From Octopus sinensis (taxonomy: Eukaryota), in contig NC_042997.1 in the NCBI RefSeq assembly GCF_006345805.1, forward strand, positions 124,620,001-124,684,000: a DNA stretch of 64,000 nt. The letters are read 5' to 3'. Positions 12,377 through 24,273 of the stretch are shown here, in pieces (position 1 is the stretch's first letter; each line of letters starts with the position of its first letter). Below the pieces are notes generated by a model that saw nothing but the letters and a program-made list of their open reading frames with translations, was not told the origin of the DNA and did no database searches. The position numbers were made by a program, and so were the translations under genes.

Positions 12377-12448
12377 ATGCAGCTGATAAAGACAAATCAA
12401 ATATACGTTGGCAAACGTATTTTGAAGAGTCTGAAACGGGTACTGCAT
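12377..12448 (+). ncRNA. Minimal type-I hammerhead ribozyme motif, copy 2 (helices largely intact, core mutated)
   Basis: atgcag CTGATAA agac aaa tcaaa t atacgtt ggca aacgtat tttga aga gtct GAAA CGGG TA ctgcat. Perfect 6-bp helix I and a 4+5+7-bp helix II, but G8 is changed to A in the core and CCGG is changed to CGGG. Confidence 0.6.
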
Positions 12449-12696
12449 TATCCGTTTCTTTCATTTTTCAGATGTTCTTCCTAGAGGTAAGACAATTTTT
12501 TCATGTTTGTTGCACACACGCATCTTTACTAGTACATATGCAGTGAAGCTATACATTAGCGTCGTATTTATTACGTTCGCTATTTTCCAGTAAATATCGG
12601 TGCTTCGTTGTGCCATTTATTTACTTTTATATGTATAATTTTACCCTCACGGGCTATCCTTTACTGGAAAGCAATACTCTCGTATTGCATTACTAT

Positions 12697-12734
<38 letters not shown>

Positions 12735-12737
<3 letters not shown>

Positions 12738-13140
12738 AGTCATAAGACAAGCGAGCTCTCATATATACATAAACAGTCCGCTTACCATCCTATAGTCTTT
12801 AAAAGTTTGATAGCTAGCATTAGTAATAGGATATCAAATTTATCTTCTTCTAAGCATATATTTGATAAAGCAGCCCCCTACTGTAACAATGCCCAAGCTA
12901 ACAGCGGCTTCAAAGATAATATATATTACAACTCTTTAACTAAAAATAAGAATCGTAAAACTAGACCAAAAAATAGACCTAGGAAAATAATTTGGTTCGT
13001 CCCCTTTCTCCCTTAATGTTAATGACACATAAGCAAAGCCTCAAAGATTGCTTTAAGAAACCTGGCGTATTCTATAAATATGCTTGTCCAAGTACCATAA
13101 TAGCATGAAACTATTAGCAACTCTTTCAGTTATGTATTTT
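12735..13140 (+). pseudogene. Penelope-like element RT C-terminal/thumb fragment
   Basis: YIHKQSAYHPIVFKSLIASISNRISNLSSSKHIFDKAAPYCNNAQANSGFKDNIYY...RPRKIIWFVPF matches the PLE pattern (YI..xSxHPxxIxKxxxxxIxxRISxLSSxxxxFxxAAPxYNxALxxSGY...RxRxIIWFNPP). It then frameshifts. Flanked on both sides by (TA)n. Confidence 0.85.
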
Positions 13141-13169
13141 CATATATATATATATATAATATATATATT

Positions 13170-13214
<45 letters not shown>

Positions 13215-13282
13215 TATATACATACATTATATATATACACATATATATATACATACATATGTACATATATATATACATATAC

Positions 13283-13335
<53 letters not shown>

Positions 13336-13929
13336 GTATATATACATACATATATATATATATACACACATAGTTACATAGCTGCTGCTCCTGATATTTT
13401 TCTTTATACAGTTTTCCAATAGTATATTAATTGTTCTGCTGATGATGATTCAATTTTCTTTTACAGTTAAATATTGTTCTAGGGCTGATGGATTCTAAAT
13501 TTTGTGTTCGTGGTTTTTGCTGGATTAAGAAATAGTGACCAAGTGACTCAAAATTCTTGTAACGTTTCCCGCTTCTCGCACCCTGTTTTACCTCGTGCCT
13601 AGTGCAGGATCCGATTATACTGCATTGCACTGATGATAGTGAATGGTAGTATTGCATATATGCTACTATGTATAGATTTTTATTGTAACTTACTCAATAA
13701 TTTGATAGTATACTCATATTGGTGTGTATTAAAGTATAGAGTAGTAATATACTGTCCTGGCTTTGCCCCGGGTCTTGAACTCCTGATTGAATACTAGAAG
13801 CGGTGTTGTGACATAACAGGGAATTTTAGGCCTGGTAGCTCCATCCTTCTCTAAGCCTGACCGCAGCTGAATTCATCTAAAGAGAATGAGAGAGTCAAAG
13901 GGAAGAACCGACTCTTGTACAGGACTGAG

Positions 13930-14065
13930 AGTTTATTTAAAAACTCTTAACGGATGAAAGGCACTGTTGAACCCGGTGATATTTGACCTCAGAGTGCAGA
14001 AAGCCGGAACGGATAACGCAATGCAATCTATTCGCTACGCTGACGTTTCATCTAATTCCCTGCCG
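13930..14065 (-). mobile_element. Highly degenerate SINE family 3 remnant
   Basis: cggatgaaaggcactgttgaacccggtgatatttgacctcagagtgcag resembles the reverse complement of the family-3 core. Confidence 0.5.
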
Positions 14066-14555
14066 GCTCGATTCATGTAGCACCATACAGAGTAACGTGT
14101 AGGACTATATAAATCTATCAACTATAACACTAATATTCTGTGTTGCGCTTACAGTAGCGAAGCACGACATGATCCATAACAAAGTTTTCATGGCCACCAC
14201 GATGATTTTTATGTCCTATTGTGTTGTATAATGTAACTAAAAGGTAAATTTATATTTTATGGTTCTTCGTTTCCTCAATTTTGGTCCCCTTTTCAAAATG
14301 GCTGCATAACACTCCTCTATTGCAGCGTATTGTACTATACAACACAAATGAAAATATTGATGTACTGCACACATTGTTGATAATCTGCTCGCTGTAGATT
14401 ATTGCATTTTTATCTCAGCTCCCTGTAATGGTTCGATAGATTCTCATATAAAAGTAAGTTATTAAGTTCTATTTAAGATAGATTGGTAGAAGGAAAGAGA
14501 GACAGAGATACAGAAGAATGGGAATCAGACAGAAGAATGGGAATCAAATAGGAGA

Positions 14556-14654
<99 letters not shown>

Positions 14655-15628
14655 TGCATATGTATATGTATTTGTTTGTGAGTTTTTAAATATTTATTTA
14701 TCTTACAATTTTTTTCTTTTTTTGTCCTCACTGCTTTTTGTCTTTTGTTACAATTTCAATCAATAACAGTATACATACAGCGCAATACATATATATATAT
14801 ATATGTTGTGTGGTGTGTGTGTGTGTGTGTGTGTATGTATGCGTGCGTTTGGATATATATATATGTATGAATGTCTGTGTGTGTGTTTGTCTGTATGTGT
14901 GTATCATTGTTTCGTGTAAAATCATACAGAAAACTAAAAATTATTAACCAGCCCCTGAATTCTCACTATTGAATGCATTTAAGTAGATTATCAAAGGAAG
15001 GCATTATTTTAGAAAAAAAAAATTGAAAGGTAGTAGGCCGAAACTTCGAATTTACTGTCACCGCTCTTCTCTGGGAAGGTATTATAATACAATCTCAACA
15101 AAATGTGTTGAATAATTCTTCGTCAAAAAACGACAAGATGCCAGAATCGTTAGCACACCGGGGAAAAATGTTACCCTGATCGTATTTTTTGGGTTTTTTT
15201 AACGTTTCCTTATAAATTTCATGACGTCATCTCTTGCAATTTCACGGATTCAAATCTGCTGAAGACAAATCTCCAGCAGAATTGCAGCCTGGTTGTATAA
15301 GAAAGAAAACTAGTAACCTTTAGTTACGTGGGAAATAATTGATATAACAAAGAATGTGCGATGCAACCTACCGCAATAGTATTGTTTTTAAAACAACGAA
15401 CACCAACAAAGAAAGCAGTGAAGAGTGAAACATTTGCTAAAGGACATGTATAGTGATCTTTTGAAGTGGAGGTGTGGATAGTATTAGCTGTGTTGGATCA
15501 GTGGAATATATAATATCTATATTTCTTATTGTTCATGCATTGTAATTTCCATCTCTTTTCAGAGCCAAATATCTTATCTGGATCAATGCATAGAGAAGAT
15601 TTGTAAGATTTATGAGATGTAAGCATAT

Positions 15629-15664
<36 letters not shown>

Positions 15665-15734
15665 TCTCATCTATGAAGTTATTTCTCTCTCTTTCTTTCT
15701 CTCTCACGTTCTCTCCTTTCATCTCTCTCGCTCT

Positions 15735-15774
<40 letters not shown>

Positions 15775-15820
15775 GGTCCCGGGTTGATTCGGGGTTAACC
15801 ACAGTAAATAAGGTACTCAA

Positions 15821-15883
15821 TACAGGACTAGAACTGTTTCATTCCTGATGATTTCTCTTGAATGAAACAGTTCTAGTCCTGTA
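15821..15883. repeat. Perfect 24-bp inverted repeat with 15-nt loop
   Basis: tacaggactagaactgtttcattc - ctgatgatttctctt - gaatgaaacagttctagtcctgta, lying between two (TA)n tracts. Confidence 0.95.
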
Positions 15884-15900
15884 GAAGCTCCTTCTATATA

Positions 15901-16025
<125 letters not shown>

Positions 16026-16664
16026 GTATATATAGTATATATATGTATGTATGTATGTATATATATATATATATTTATTTATGTATATATGTATGTATTA
16101 TGTATGTATGTATGTATGTATGTATGTATATAATATACATATATCTATATGAAAATTTATACCTTACTAAGGGAATCGTTTAAAATATAGCGCACTCTCT
16201 CTATGCTATAAATCGATATGTGCAACACGATGTATTTTTATATGCGTTTTGAGACACATACGAAAATAGCATACATTTACTCGCTAAATCTCCATGATTA
16301 GCAGAATGTCTTTTATTTCTGCTTTTGAGCTCATTTCACGCCATATTAACTGGGCCCATCTGTTCCTTTCCATCTGATAACATTATAAAATTGGTCGTTA
16401 TTTGCTCTTTGAACCGTAGGTAGATGCACTTTAACTCATTTTGCCAAATACTCAATGCCTGACATCAGAGTTATAATTGATTTCAAGATGTTTGTCAATC
16501 TTTTGCGTAATTTTGGAACATTAGGTATTATTGATACCATTATTTTTAATTCTGTGCCCCTTTTAGTGTTTATCAACAGATACAAATATGAGCAGGTGTT
16601 TTGGTGTATATTTTGAGATATTCATTTCTTTCTACTTTAATCTATCTAAATATCTATCTATCTT

Positions 16665-16754
<90 letters not shown>

Positions 16755-17729
16755 AATTATATGTGTCGAGTCATCTTTTTCTCTGTCAATCTAGATACTT
16801 GTCTTCCCTTTGTCTCTCTGTCTTTCTCTTCCTCTTTTACCTTCTCTCTCTATTTTTATATCTATCTACCTATCGATCGATCTATATATGTTTGTATGTG
16901 TTGGCGTATATACAGATACATAGTTTTGTATGGGCGGAGGCATGCCTGTACTTTAATGGTTTCTTGTTAAATTCCATACTCAGTAACCTGATGAGATGCC
17001 TGTTCCTATACATTCGGATCAGACAAACTTTCTGAGTGAAATTTGGTAGATGAATGCCAGAGGAAACAAAACCCGAGCGGCAATTGTTAGTCACTGTTGA
17101 TGAAAAGAGAGATAATTTTTATAAATTCAGATTGGTTTCAAGATTGAATGAATATTCTTACGATAAAATATTTTGATTACTGTTTCTGGGGTGAGATCAG
17201 AAATTTATTGTTCTTAAATGACCAAAAAGAAGAGCACTCAAAGAGGGCAGTACCAAGACTTTTTAGCCAAAAGTGCAGGGAACTGAAGAACATGTATAGT
17301 TTTTTTTTTTAATTTAAATTTCGTAGAAATGAAAACCTGGCGATAATATTTAGGAATTTTGAATGAGATTGCAGAATCATATGAAGAAATTAAGAATAAT
17401 TTCACGTTTGAATTAACATGCATATGACAAAAATAACAACCTTATGTGTTTCGGAATAATGAAGCCGATACTCATATGTTACTGCCATGGTTAAACCTCC
17501 GGTATTACCCTGGTTTCTTATATAAATTATTTATAATTGATATTGCATACCTATATCTGTAGAAATATAGCCCCAGACACAAAAGCTATCAATTAATTTA
17601 TCTATGCAGTCGTCAACTTTTCCTTTCGTGAAGATTTTTGACCCAAAGTTTACTTCTCTTATTTACAGCTTTACGTGTATGTCTCGGTTACTTTATATTA
17701 TATAACTGATGGGGTATTATAAACTGGAT

Positions 17730-17915
17730 CGCTAACCTATACATCAATTAAGAATGTACACAACAAAAGGGACACACTTTTAACAAGAGGAACGCGAGGT
17801 ATAATCAACACGTGAACATTATTCGAAGTTCTAATGTCAAATTTCAGTATACATCATCGTATATAGAATTGAACGAAAATACTGTCAACATACAAATCTT
17901 TCCTCTGTTGGATAT
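17730..17915 (+). pseudogene. Possible decayed GIY-YIG endonuclease relic (PLE)
   Basis: The open stretch ECTQQKGHTFNKRNARYNQHVNIIR...IQIFPLL loosely resembles CxxxYIGxTxxxLxxRxxxHxxxIR...IFP. Weak. Confidence 0.3.
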
Positions 17916-18333
17916 CGAGTAAAACAATTGTACACAAAAAGTTTGCGTTGAGAACATCTTTATGTATTCGATGTTTTACTTTAAGGAATTCGAAATATGG
18001 AAGATGGTATTATTAAGGATTTTGTATATGTCTCTAAGCTACATCTAAGACGAATGTTTTCAAGTAAGTTTCTGTTAGTGTTTTAGAAGTTTACTTCGCA
18101 ACTACGTACTTTCGGGAATGGGCACTTTGCGCAAATTTGTTCTGTCTTACCTCCAGCTCCATCCACATCAAGTGAGTGAAATTTGGTGATTCAAAGTTAG
18201 TTGGAAGCTCGTTCGTACGTTAATCTTAATCCGTTGCCCTGTTTAATTCTAACCACAATTTCACTCATTACTGATTTAAACTGAAACCATTTTGCGCTAA
18301 GAAAGGTGCCAAGCCGAGGATTAACATTATCTT

Positions 18334-18392
<59 letters not shown>

Positions 18393-18411
18393 GTATATAT
18401 ATATATATATA

Positions 18412-18724
18412 TCTATCTCTCTATATATAACGGCAGTTGTCTGTGCGTGTTCTGTTTGCTTGTATCATGACCACGCTTTCAAATTCTGATATGATATATC
18501 ATAATATAACGCAGCGAAAATTTTAAAAGTTCCCAGTTTCTGAAAAATCGATAACTCGATGGGGTCGAGACAGAAACACAACCGCAATCTAGGGGACGCA
18601 ACTCGACCTTTTTTAAAAAAAAAAATTTACCATCATTTTCCATTTTTTGCTTTTTTTGCTATAACTCTCTAAAATGCTTGTTTTTCCCTTACAAACCTGA
18701 GCACGTCGGGGCGATACTGCTAGT
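18412..18724 (+). mobile_element. Non-autonomous Helitron-like element
   Basis: Starts near tctatatataacggcag. Ends cctga-gcacg-tcggg (small GC hairpin) gcgatactg CTAG|T. A subterminal hairpin plus CTAG before T is the Helitron 3' signature. Confidence 0.7.
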
Positions 18725-18856
18725 ATATATATATATATATATATATCTTTTGTTTTCCGTAAATTTCAATATATATATATATATATCGTTTTTGGGGGGT
18801 TTTCAAAAGCATAAATTCGGAGAAGCACACTTTAAGAAGTAGAGCAGTCTATATTA

Positions 18857-18998
18857 ATTACTGGTGAAGGCCAATTTCGAGGGTTACCCGGGGTTTCTCG
18901 CCATATAGGCTACCTTTATGGCGTATCTTTAAACCCTAAGATACGCCTTTATGACGAGAAACCCAGGGTAAACCTAGAAAGCGGCCTTCACCAGTAAT
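18857..18998. mobile_element. Small palindromic MITE (142 bp)
   Basis: Perfect 16-bp termini attactggtgaaggcc / ggccttcaccagtaat, an imperfect 33-bp second stem, and an inner 10-bp stem ggcgtatctt/aagatacgcc. Sits in a TA-rich context. Confidence 0.85.
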
Positions 18999-19420
18999 CT
19001 ATATATATATATAAGAGTGGGGAGAGAGAAACAGCAAAATAGATGGATTGAGAGAAAGGGAGACAAACAGACAGGTAGACAGAGACAGAGAGAGAAAGAG
19101 AATGATCAAAACACGTGCAGTTTAGGGTTAGAGAGGAAACATTATATTAGAAAAAAAGTTTAAAGATTCGATCGGATGAACGCAACCGGAACGATTTTGA
19201 TCAAAGGTCCTTTCATTTGGAGCTAAACAGCAAGAATATGAATATATTCGTAAGAGTAAATGAGGGGACATATATATAGTGAGTCAATCAACTAGAAACA
19301 ACAGCCAAATTACTGTCAAATAAACATTATAAAACCATAAAAATGATGTAGACGATGCATTTATACCCGAAAATTGAAATAAAATCAGGGATTGCTACTG
19401 CTGAAACGCCCCTGATTGAA

Positions 19421-19499
<79 letters not shown>

Positions 19500-19781
19500 T
19501 CTCTCTCTCACTCTCTCTCTCTCCCTCTCTCTGCTGGGTTACAGGCTAAACAACCAAACAATAACATATTGAATATATTGATATAGGGAAAATATCAAAG
19601 AAAAATGTTTTGATACATGTCCCTGATCGTGTTGCAAAATATCTTTTTTTTTCCCTATTTACTTTCTCTCTCTTTCGCTGTTCATCACTTCCCTCTCCCT
19701 TTCCGTCTACCTTTCCCTCTCTATCTGTTTCCCTTTTTCTTTCTTTCTCCCTTTTACTATATATTTCTTTCTTTCTTTCTG

Positions 19782-19824
<43 letters not shown>

Positions 19825-19928
19825 ATCTATCTATCTATCTATCTATCTATATGTCTGTCTGTCTATCTATCTAATCTAATCTATCTATTTATCGATCTAT
19901 CTATCTTTCTTTCAATCTCTCTCTTTCT

Positions 19929-19968
<40 letters not shown>

Positions 19969-20333
19969 CTCTATGTTTTCCTATTTATGTAAATATAAGT
20001 GTATCATAAAATACGTGTTTACATTTCAAAATGCTATGCAAACTTTTCTATCATTGACTTTGTGTTCTACACCCTAACACACACACACACACACACACCA
20101 CACACACATACACACACACACACTCACTCATAGGTGTATATCATATTTTATACTTGTGTGGATTTAAGTGTTTTATTTTCTATCATTATTCATGCGTTTT
20201 ATCTTTATCTATTAATATAGATAGATAAATAAATAGATAGATAGATAGATAGATAGAATGATGTATTTTATATATTTATGTGTGTATGTATGTGTATATA
20301 CATACATATACACATACTCACACATACACAACA

Positions 20334-20366
<33 letters not shown>

Positions 20367-20371
20367 ACCAC

Positions 20372-20433
<62 letters not shown>

Positions 20434-21871
20434 CTAACTTCAAATAAATATTTCTTTCATTTGGTCTTACATCACCATTTCTCTCCTCGCGTTCTTTTTT
20501 TATTTACTTTTCCTTTTCTATAATATTTTAACACATGCACACTCACATACATTACATACACACATATGTTTACACACATAATGTAATTATATATAAACAC
20601 AGTTATAAATGTCTCCCTTTATATATTGTATATACATATGATTGTGTATTTGTGTATTTGAATATTTAGATTCTACGCTTGGACAAACACACAATATATT
20701 CATTCACTGAGCATACAATATTCAAATGCTGCAATATTGTTAATATTTCTCATTTTCTCGTTCCATCTTTCTATTTCTTTCTTTTTCTCTTCACCCATTC
20801 CCTTCCTCTTTCTCTTTCTGTTTCTTTCATCTTTCACTCTTTCCTCTCCTGCTATTACGTGTTGTTTTTACACCTGAAGTAATTGAATTAATTTCAGTGT
20901 GTCAGGAAATTATTTGATTAAACATCAGCGTTTATTTAATATGACATGTGATGGAGAATTTTTAATATTATATTTTTACTCAATTCACTTCCCCTCAATG
21001 TGTGGTGTGGGGGGGAACTAAACTTGAAAGTGTTTAAAGAAAAAAAGAACAAGAATACAAATAAAATAATTTAAAATAAAATACTTAACTATTGATGGCA
21101 AAAAATTAACAAAAAACAATTCGTGGAAAATATATATTATAACCATGTATAAATAATTTCTACATAAATTGTGAGAGCGTATTGCAATGTAATCTAGATC
21201 AACACGGAGAATGGTGTGTTATGCAAATGCAGCAGTGTTGTAGACATATAAGATTGTGCACATAACATTCTGCATGATATTGTTGTTAACACATGATAAG
21301 GCTGTTACCACCACTGATAGCATTGTTCCTGCTGCCATCGCTGTCTAAGAACGACAGTACTATAACCAACATGAGTTGGTAAAAGAAGGAGAACAATTGA
21401 ATATTCATGGCGAGAATTCTTGTAAATAGCAGCAGTAACAATAAGTGAATGTATGCTTGGTGCTGCCTCTTCAAACGACTACTGACAAAAAGCCAATTTC
21501 TAATATAATTTCTATAGATTATCTCCCTTGAACGAACAGGAGACACACTTGTTTCATACAACTAAATCAGAGCTAAGAATTACTAATCAGGGTTTCGCAT
21601 TATACTGTATTATACTAATTTAGGTTAATTGCTTCCTTCCCAGTTCTTTGTCTTGGTCGGTACATATTTGGTACATACATCTAATGTGTTTCATCAAGAG
21701 GAGGTGATGTATTCTTAATTTGCAGACGTAATTTAGTTGTAATTTTGAAGCCAATTATTTCATAAATTACACATGCACCCGCTGCCCATATGTGTGTGTG
21801 TGTTTGTGTGTACGTATGTATGGTTGTATGTATCAGTGCATGTGTACCTATATATATATATATGTGTGTGT

Positions 21872-21906
<35 letters not shown>

Positions 21907-22697
21907 TTAAGAGAGAATGAGAAAGAAAGAGTCAGAGTAAGTCTGTGCAATGCGTGAATGTATGTAATTAAATAGTCATAAACGCATCTATAATTAGTTT
22001 ATTTAATCGATTCCGTATTGTTTATTATTTTAACAGAATTGATTACATGAACAAATTACGGCACTGATTCAATAATGATTTCTCTATGAAGATTTAGAAT
22101 GTTTATAGCATTCTGTGGAAAAACAACTTTACAATGCGAATTCATTAAACTATTGATATATTGTGTCTATGTTTTGCGTCATATAAACTAGTTCATCGCA
22201 CTTCTCTTATAAACTAATATATTATTCTCCACTTGTGTCTTTTCATATTTTGCACCGTTCTGTTTCTATCTTTCTATTTTCCAGTCCTCGTTTTCTACCG
22301 CATTCTGACAAAAATATAGATATCCTCATATTCGATACGAACAAAGAGGTTTGTATCGAAGCTCAATTCTATGGCTCCATAGTGATAATAAATTGGAGAT
22401 ATTTTATAAACGATTCAGTAATACAGCAATTATACTGTACTGAAAATCAACAATCAACATTGTCTACTGTGTTTATTCTATATGTTCTCACTGAGGCAAT
22501 GTATATACTACCTTTTATATTCTTCAGTGGCTCTAGTGTCGTCATATGAGAATAATACAGTTATATTATAGCAGCAAGCAGCCTCAGATTTTCGGTCCTC
22601 GAGTGCAGTAAATACAGTTCGGTTTTGAAATACTGAAAAATTCAGTTCAAGAGTAGTAACATATTTGTGTTTACAGCAGTAGAAGATATTCATAGGC

Positions 22698-22886
22698 GAA
22701 TGAGTGACTATGTGGTAAGTAGCTGGCTCAACAGCCACGTGGGCAAATGTCTTCTACTATAGTCTCGGGCCGACCAAAGCCTTGTGAGTGGATTTGGTAT
22801 AAGGAAACTGAAAGAAGACTACGTCGTGTATAAATAAATATACATACATATATATACACACACACATAATATATATATATATATAT

Positions 22887-22944
<58 letters not shown>

Positions 22945-23170
22945 TATATATGGATGTGTGTGTATATGTTTGTGTGTCGGTGTTTGTCCTTTATCATCGC
23001 TTGACAACCGATGCTGGTGTGTTTACGTCCCCGCAACTTAGCGGTTCGGCAAAAGAAAACGATTAATATGTACTAGGCTTGCAAAGAATAAGTCCTGGGA
23101 TCGATTTGCTTGACTAAAGGCGATGCTCCAGCATGACCGCAGTCAAATGACTGAAACAAGTAAAATAAAA
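22698..23170 (+). mobile_element. SINE family 1 with B-box region deleted and expanded TA tract
   Basis: gtggtaagtagc...ccacgtgggcaaatgtcttctactatag; the body and tail (gcatgaccgcagtcaaatgactgaaac) match family 1. Confidence 0.9.
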
Positions 23171-23376
23171 GAACATACATACAACTGTATGTATGTATGT
23201 ATGTATGTATGTGTGTGTGTTGTGTATGTATGCATGTATGTATGCATGTATGTATGTATGTTTATGTATGGTGTATGGTTAGATGCATGCATGCCTAAAA
23301 TATAACTCCATAGTATAAATAGGTTTGTAGCTCATAACTTACTAAATATTTGTTCTTTTCCTTTTGGATATAAATA

Positions 23377-23850
23377 ATGGATGAAATGCGAATAAGCTTA
23401 GAAGAAAGGAAATTTATCCTGGGGACTTACTTTAGAAGATCGTTTTAAGTGCGAGAGTAAAGCTAAAGTGCAAAAGTATTTTAGAAAGGAGATTCAAATA
23501 GAATTACCGACACGACTAACAATTACTTGCATGATTAATAATTTTGAAGCGCAACGAACACTTCAAGAACTCGAAAGTACCTTTCCGGAGAGCCGTAGAG
23601 GTCTATGAGCTCCATAAATCTCTAGGGAAATCAATTTGGTAAACGGTTGGTGAGTGAAATGAAAATCGACCGTTTATCGACGTTTGAAACCTGCTCATTG
23701 ATGATGTTATATTTCAACATTTGCCCTGCTTGTCGTCAGTGAAAATAATCCCGATCGATGTTTTGAATTTTGTAAATCGTACAAAGTAAACTGTACAGAC
23801 AAGAGGGTGTTTTTAAACAAGATTTGTCGACGTGTTGAGAAGCGTTTAAC
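23377..23850 (+). pseudogene. Decayed Tc1/mariner-superfamily transposase (DUF4817-type N-terminal HTH through the first catalytic motif)
   Basis: Frameshifted pieces MDEMRISLEERKFILGTYF / KVQKYFRKEIQIELPTRLTITCMINNFEAQRTLQ / ENNPDRCFEFCKSY...FLNKI match recalled mariner-like motifs (PPTRLTIxRIRDKFEAxGTV; EDDPDRRLEFCEW...FxxKIIWSDE). Confidence 0.7.
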
Positions 23851-24228
23851 GTGAATCCCTTTGTCAATAAGCACAAGTGCAGCTACTGGCAATAAACAAT
23901 CCGCGTGTTACGAAGAAACAATAAGCCAAATTACCAAGGGTTGCAGCTTAATTGAATTGACAAAGTTAGGATTAATTGCATCCTTTTTATTTGAGCTTGC
24001 TGCAGATATGTATCATACCATTCAATCAAGAACTGTTTGGAGAAGAAAACACATATTTATAGGAAAATGGAGGATCACACCTTCTCTACTATTTTTCAAG
24101 TGAGAGACTATCTTGATAAAAATTTATAGAGCAGATGGATGAGGCGAACAGGTAGCATTAAATGCATTAAGTATTAAGGTATGTAGAAGGATACGTGATA
24201 GAGTGAGAGAGAGAGAGAGAGAGAGAGG

Positions 24229-24273
<45 letters not shown>

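Larger units (their letters stand above)
11871..12702. repeat. Inverted repeat (about 320-bp arms) combined with an 89-bp direct repeat; PLE pseudo-LTR-like structure
   Basis: Arms 11871-12191 and 12321-12633 are reverse complements with few mismatches and one small indel. Segments 12193-12281 and 12614-12702 are direct copies. The structure ends in a (TA)n tract. Confidence 0.92.

Noticed and set aside
14419-15618. Plus-strand exon candidates 14419-14453 and 15563-15602/15618 with good splice sites
   Set aside because: Joining 15602 to 17986 creates a TGA, no homology is recognised, and such sites are expected by chance.
21293-21382. Signal-peptide-like MIRLLPPLIALFLLPSLS ORF with TATA-like and octamer motifs upstream
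   Set aside because: Stops after 29 codons, has only a weak donor, and no downstream exon can be supported.
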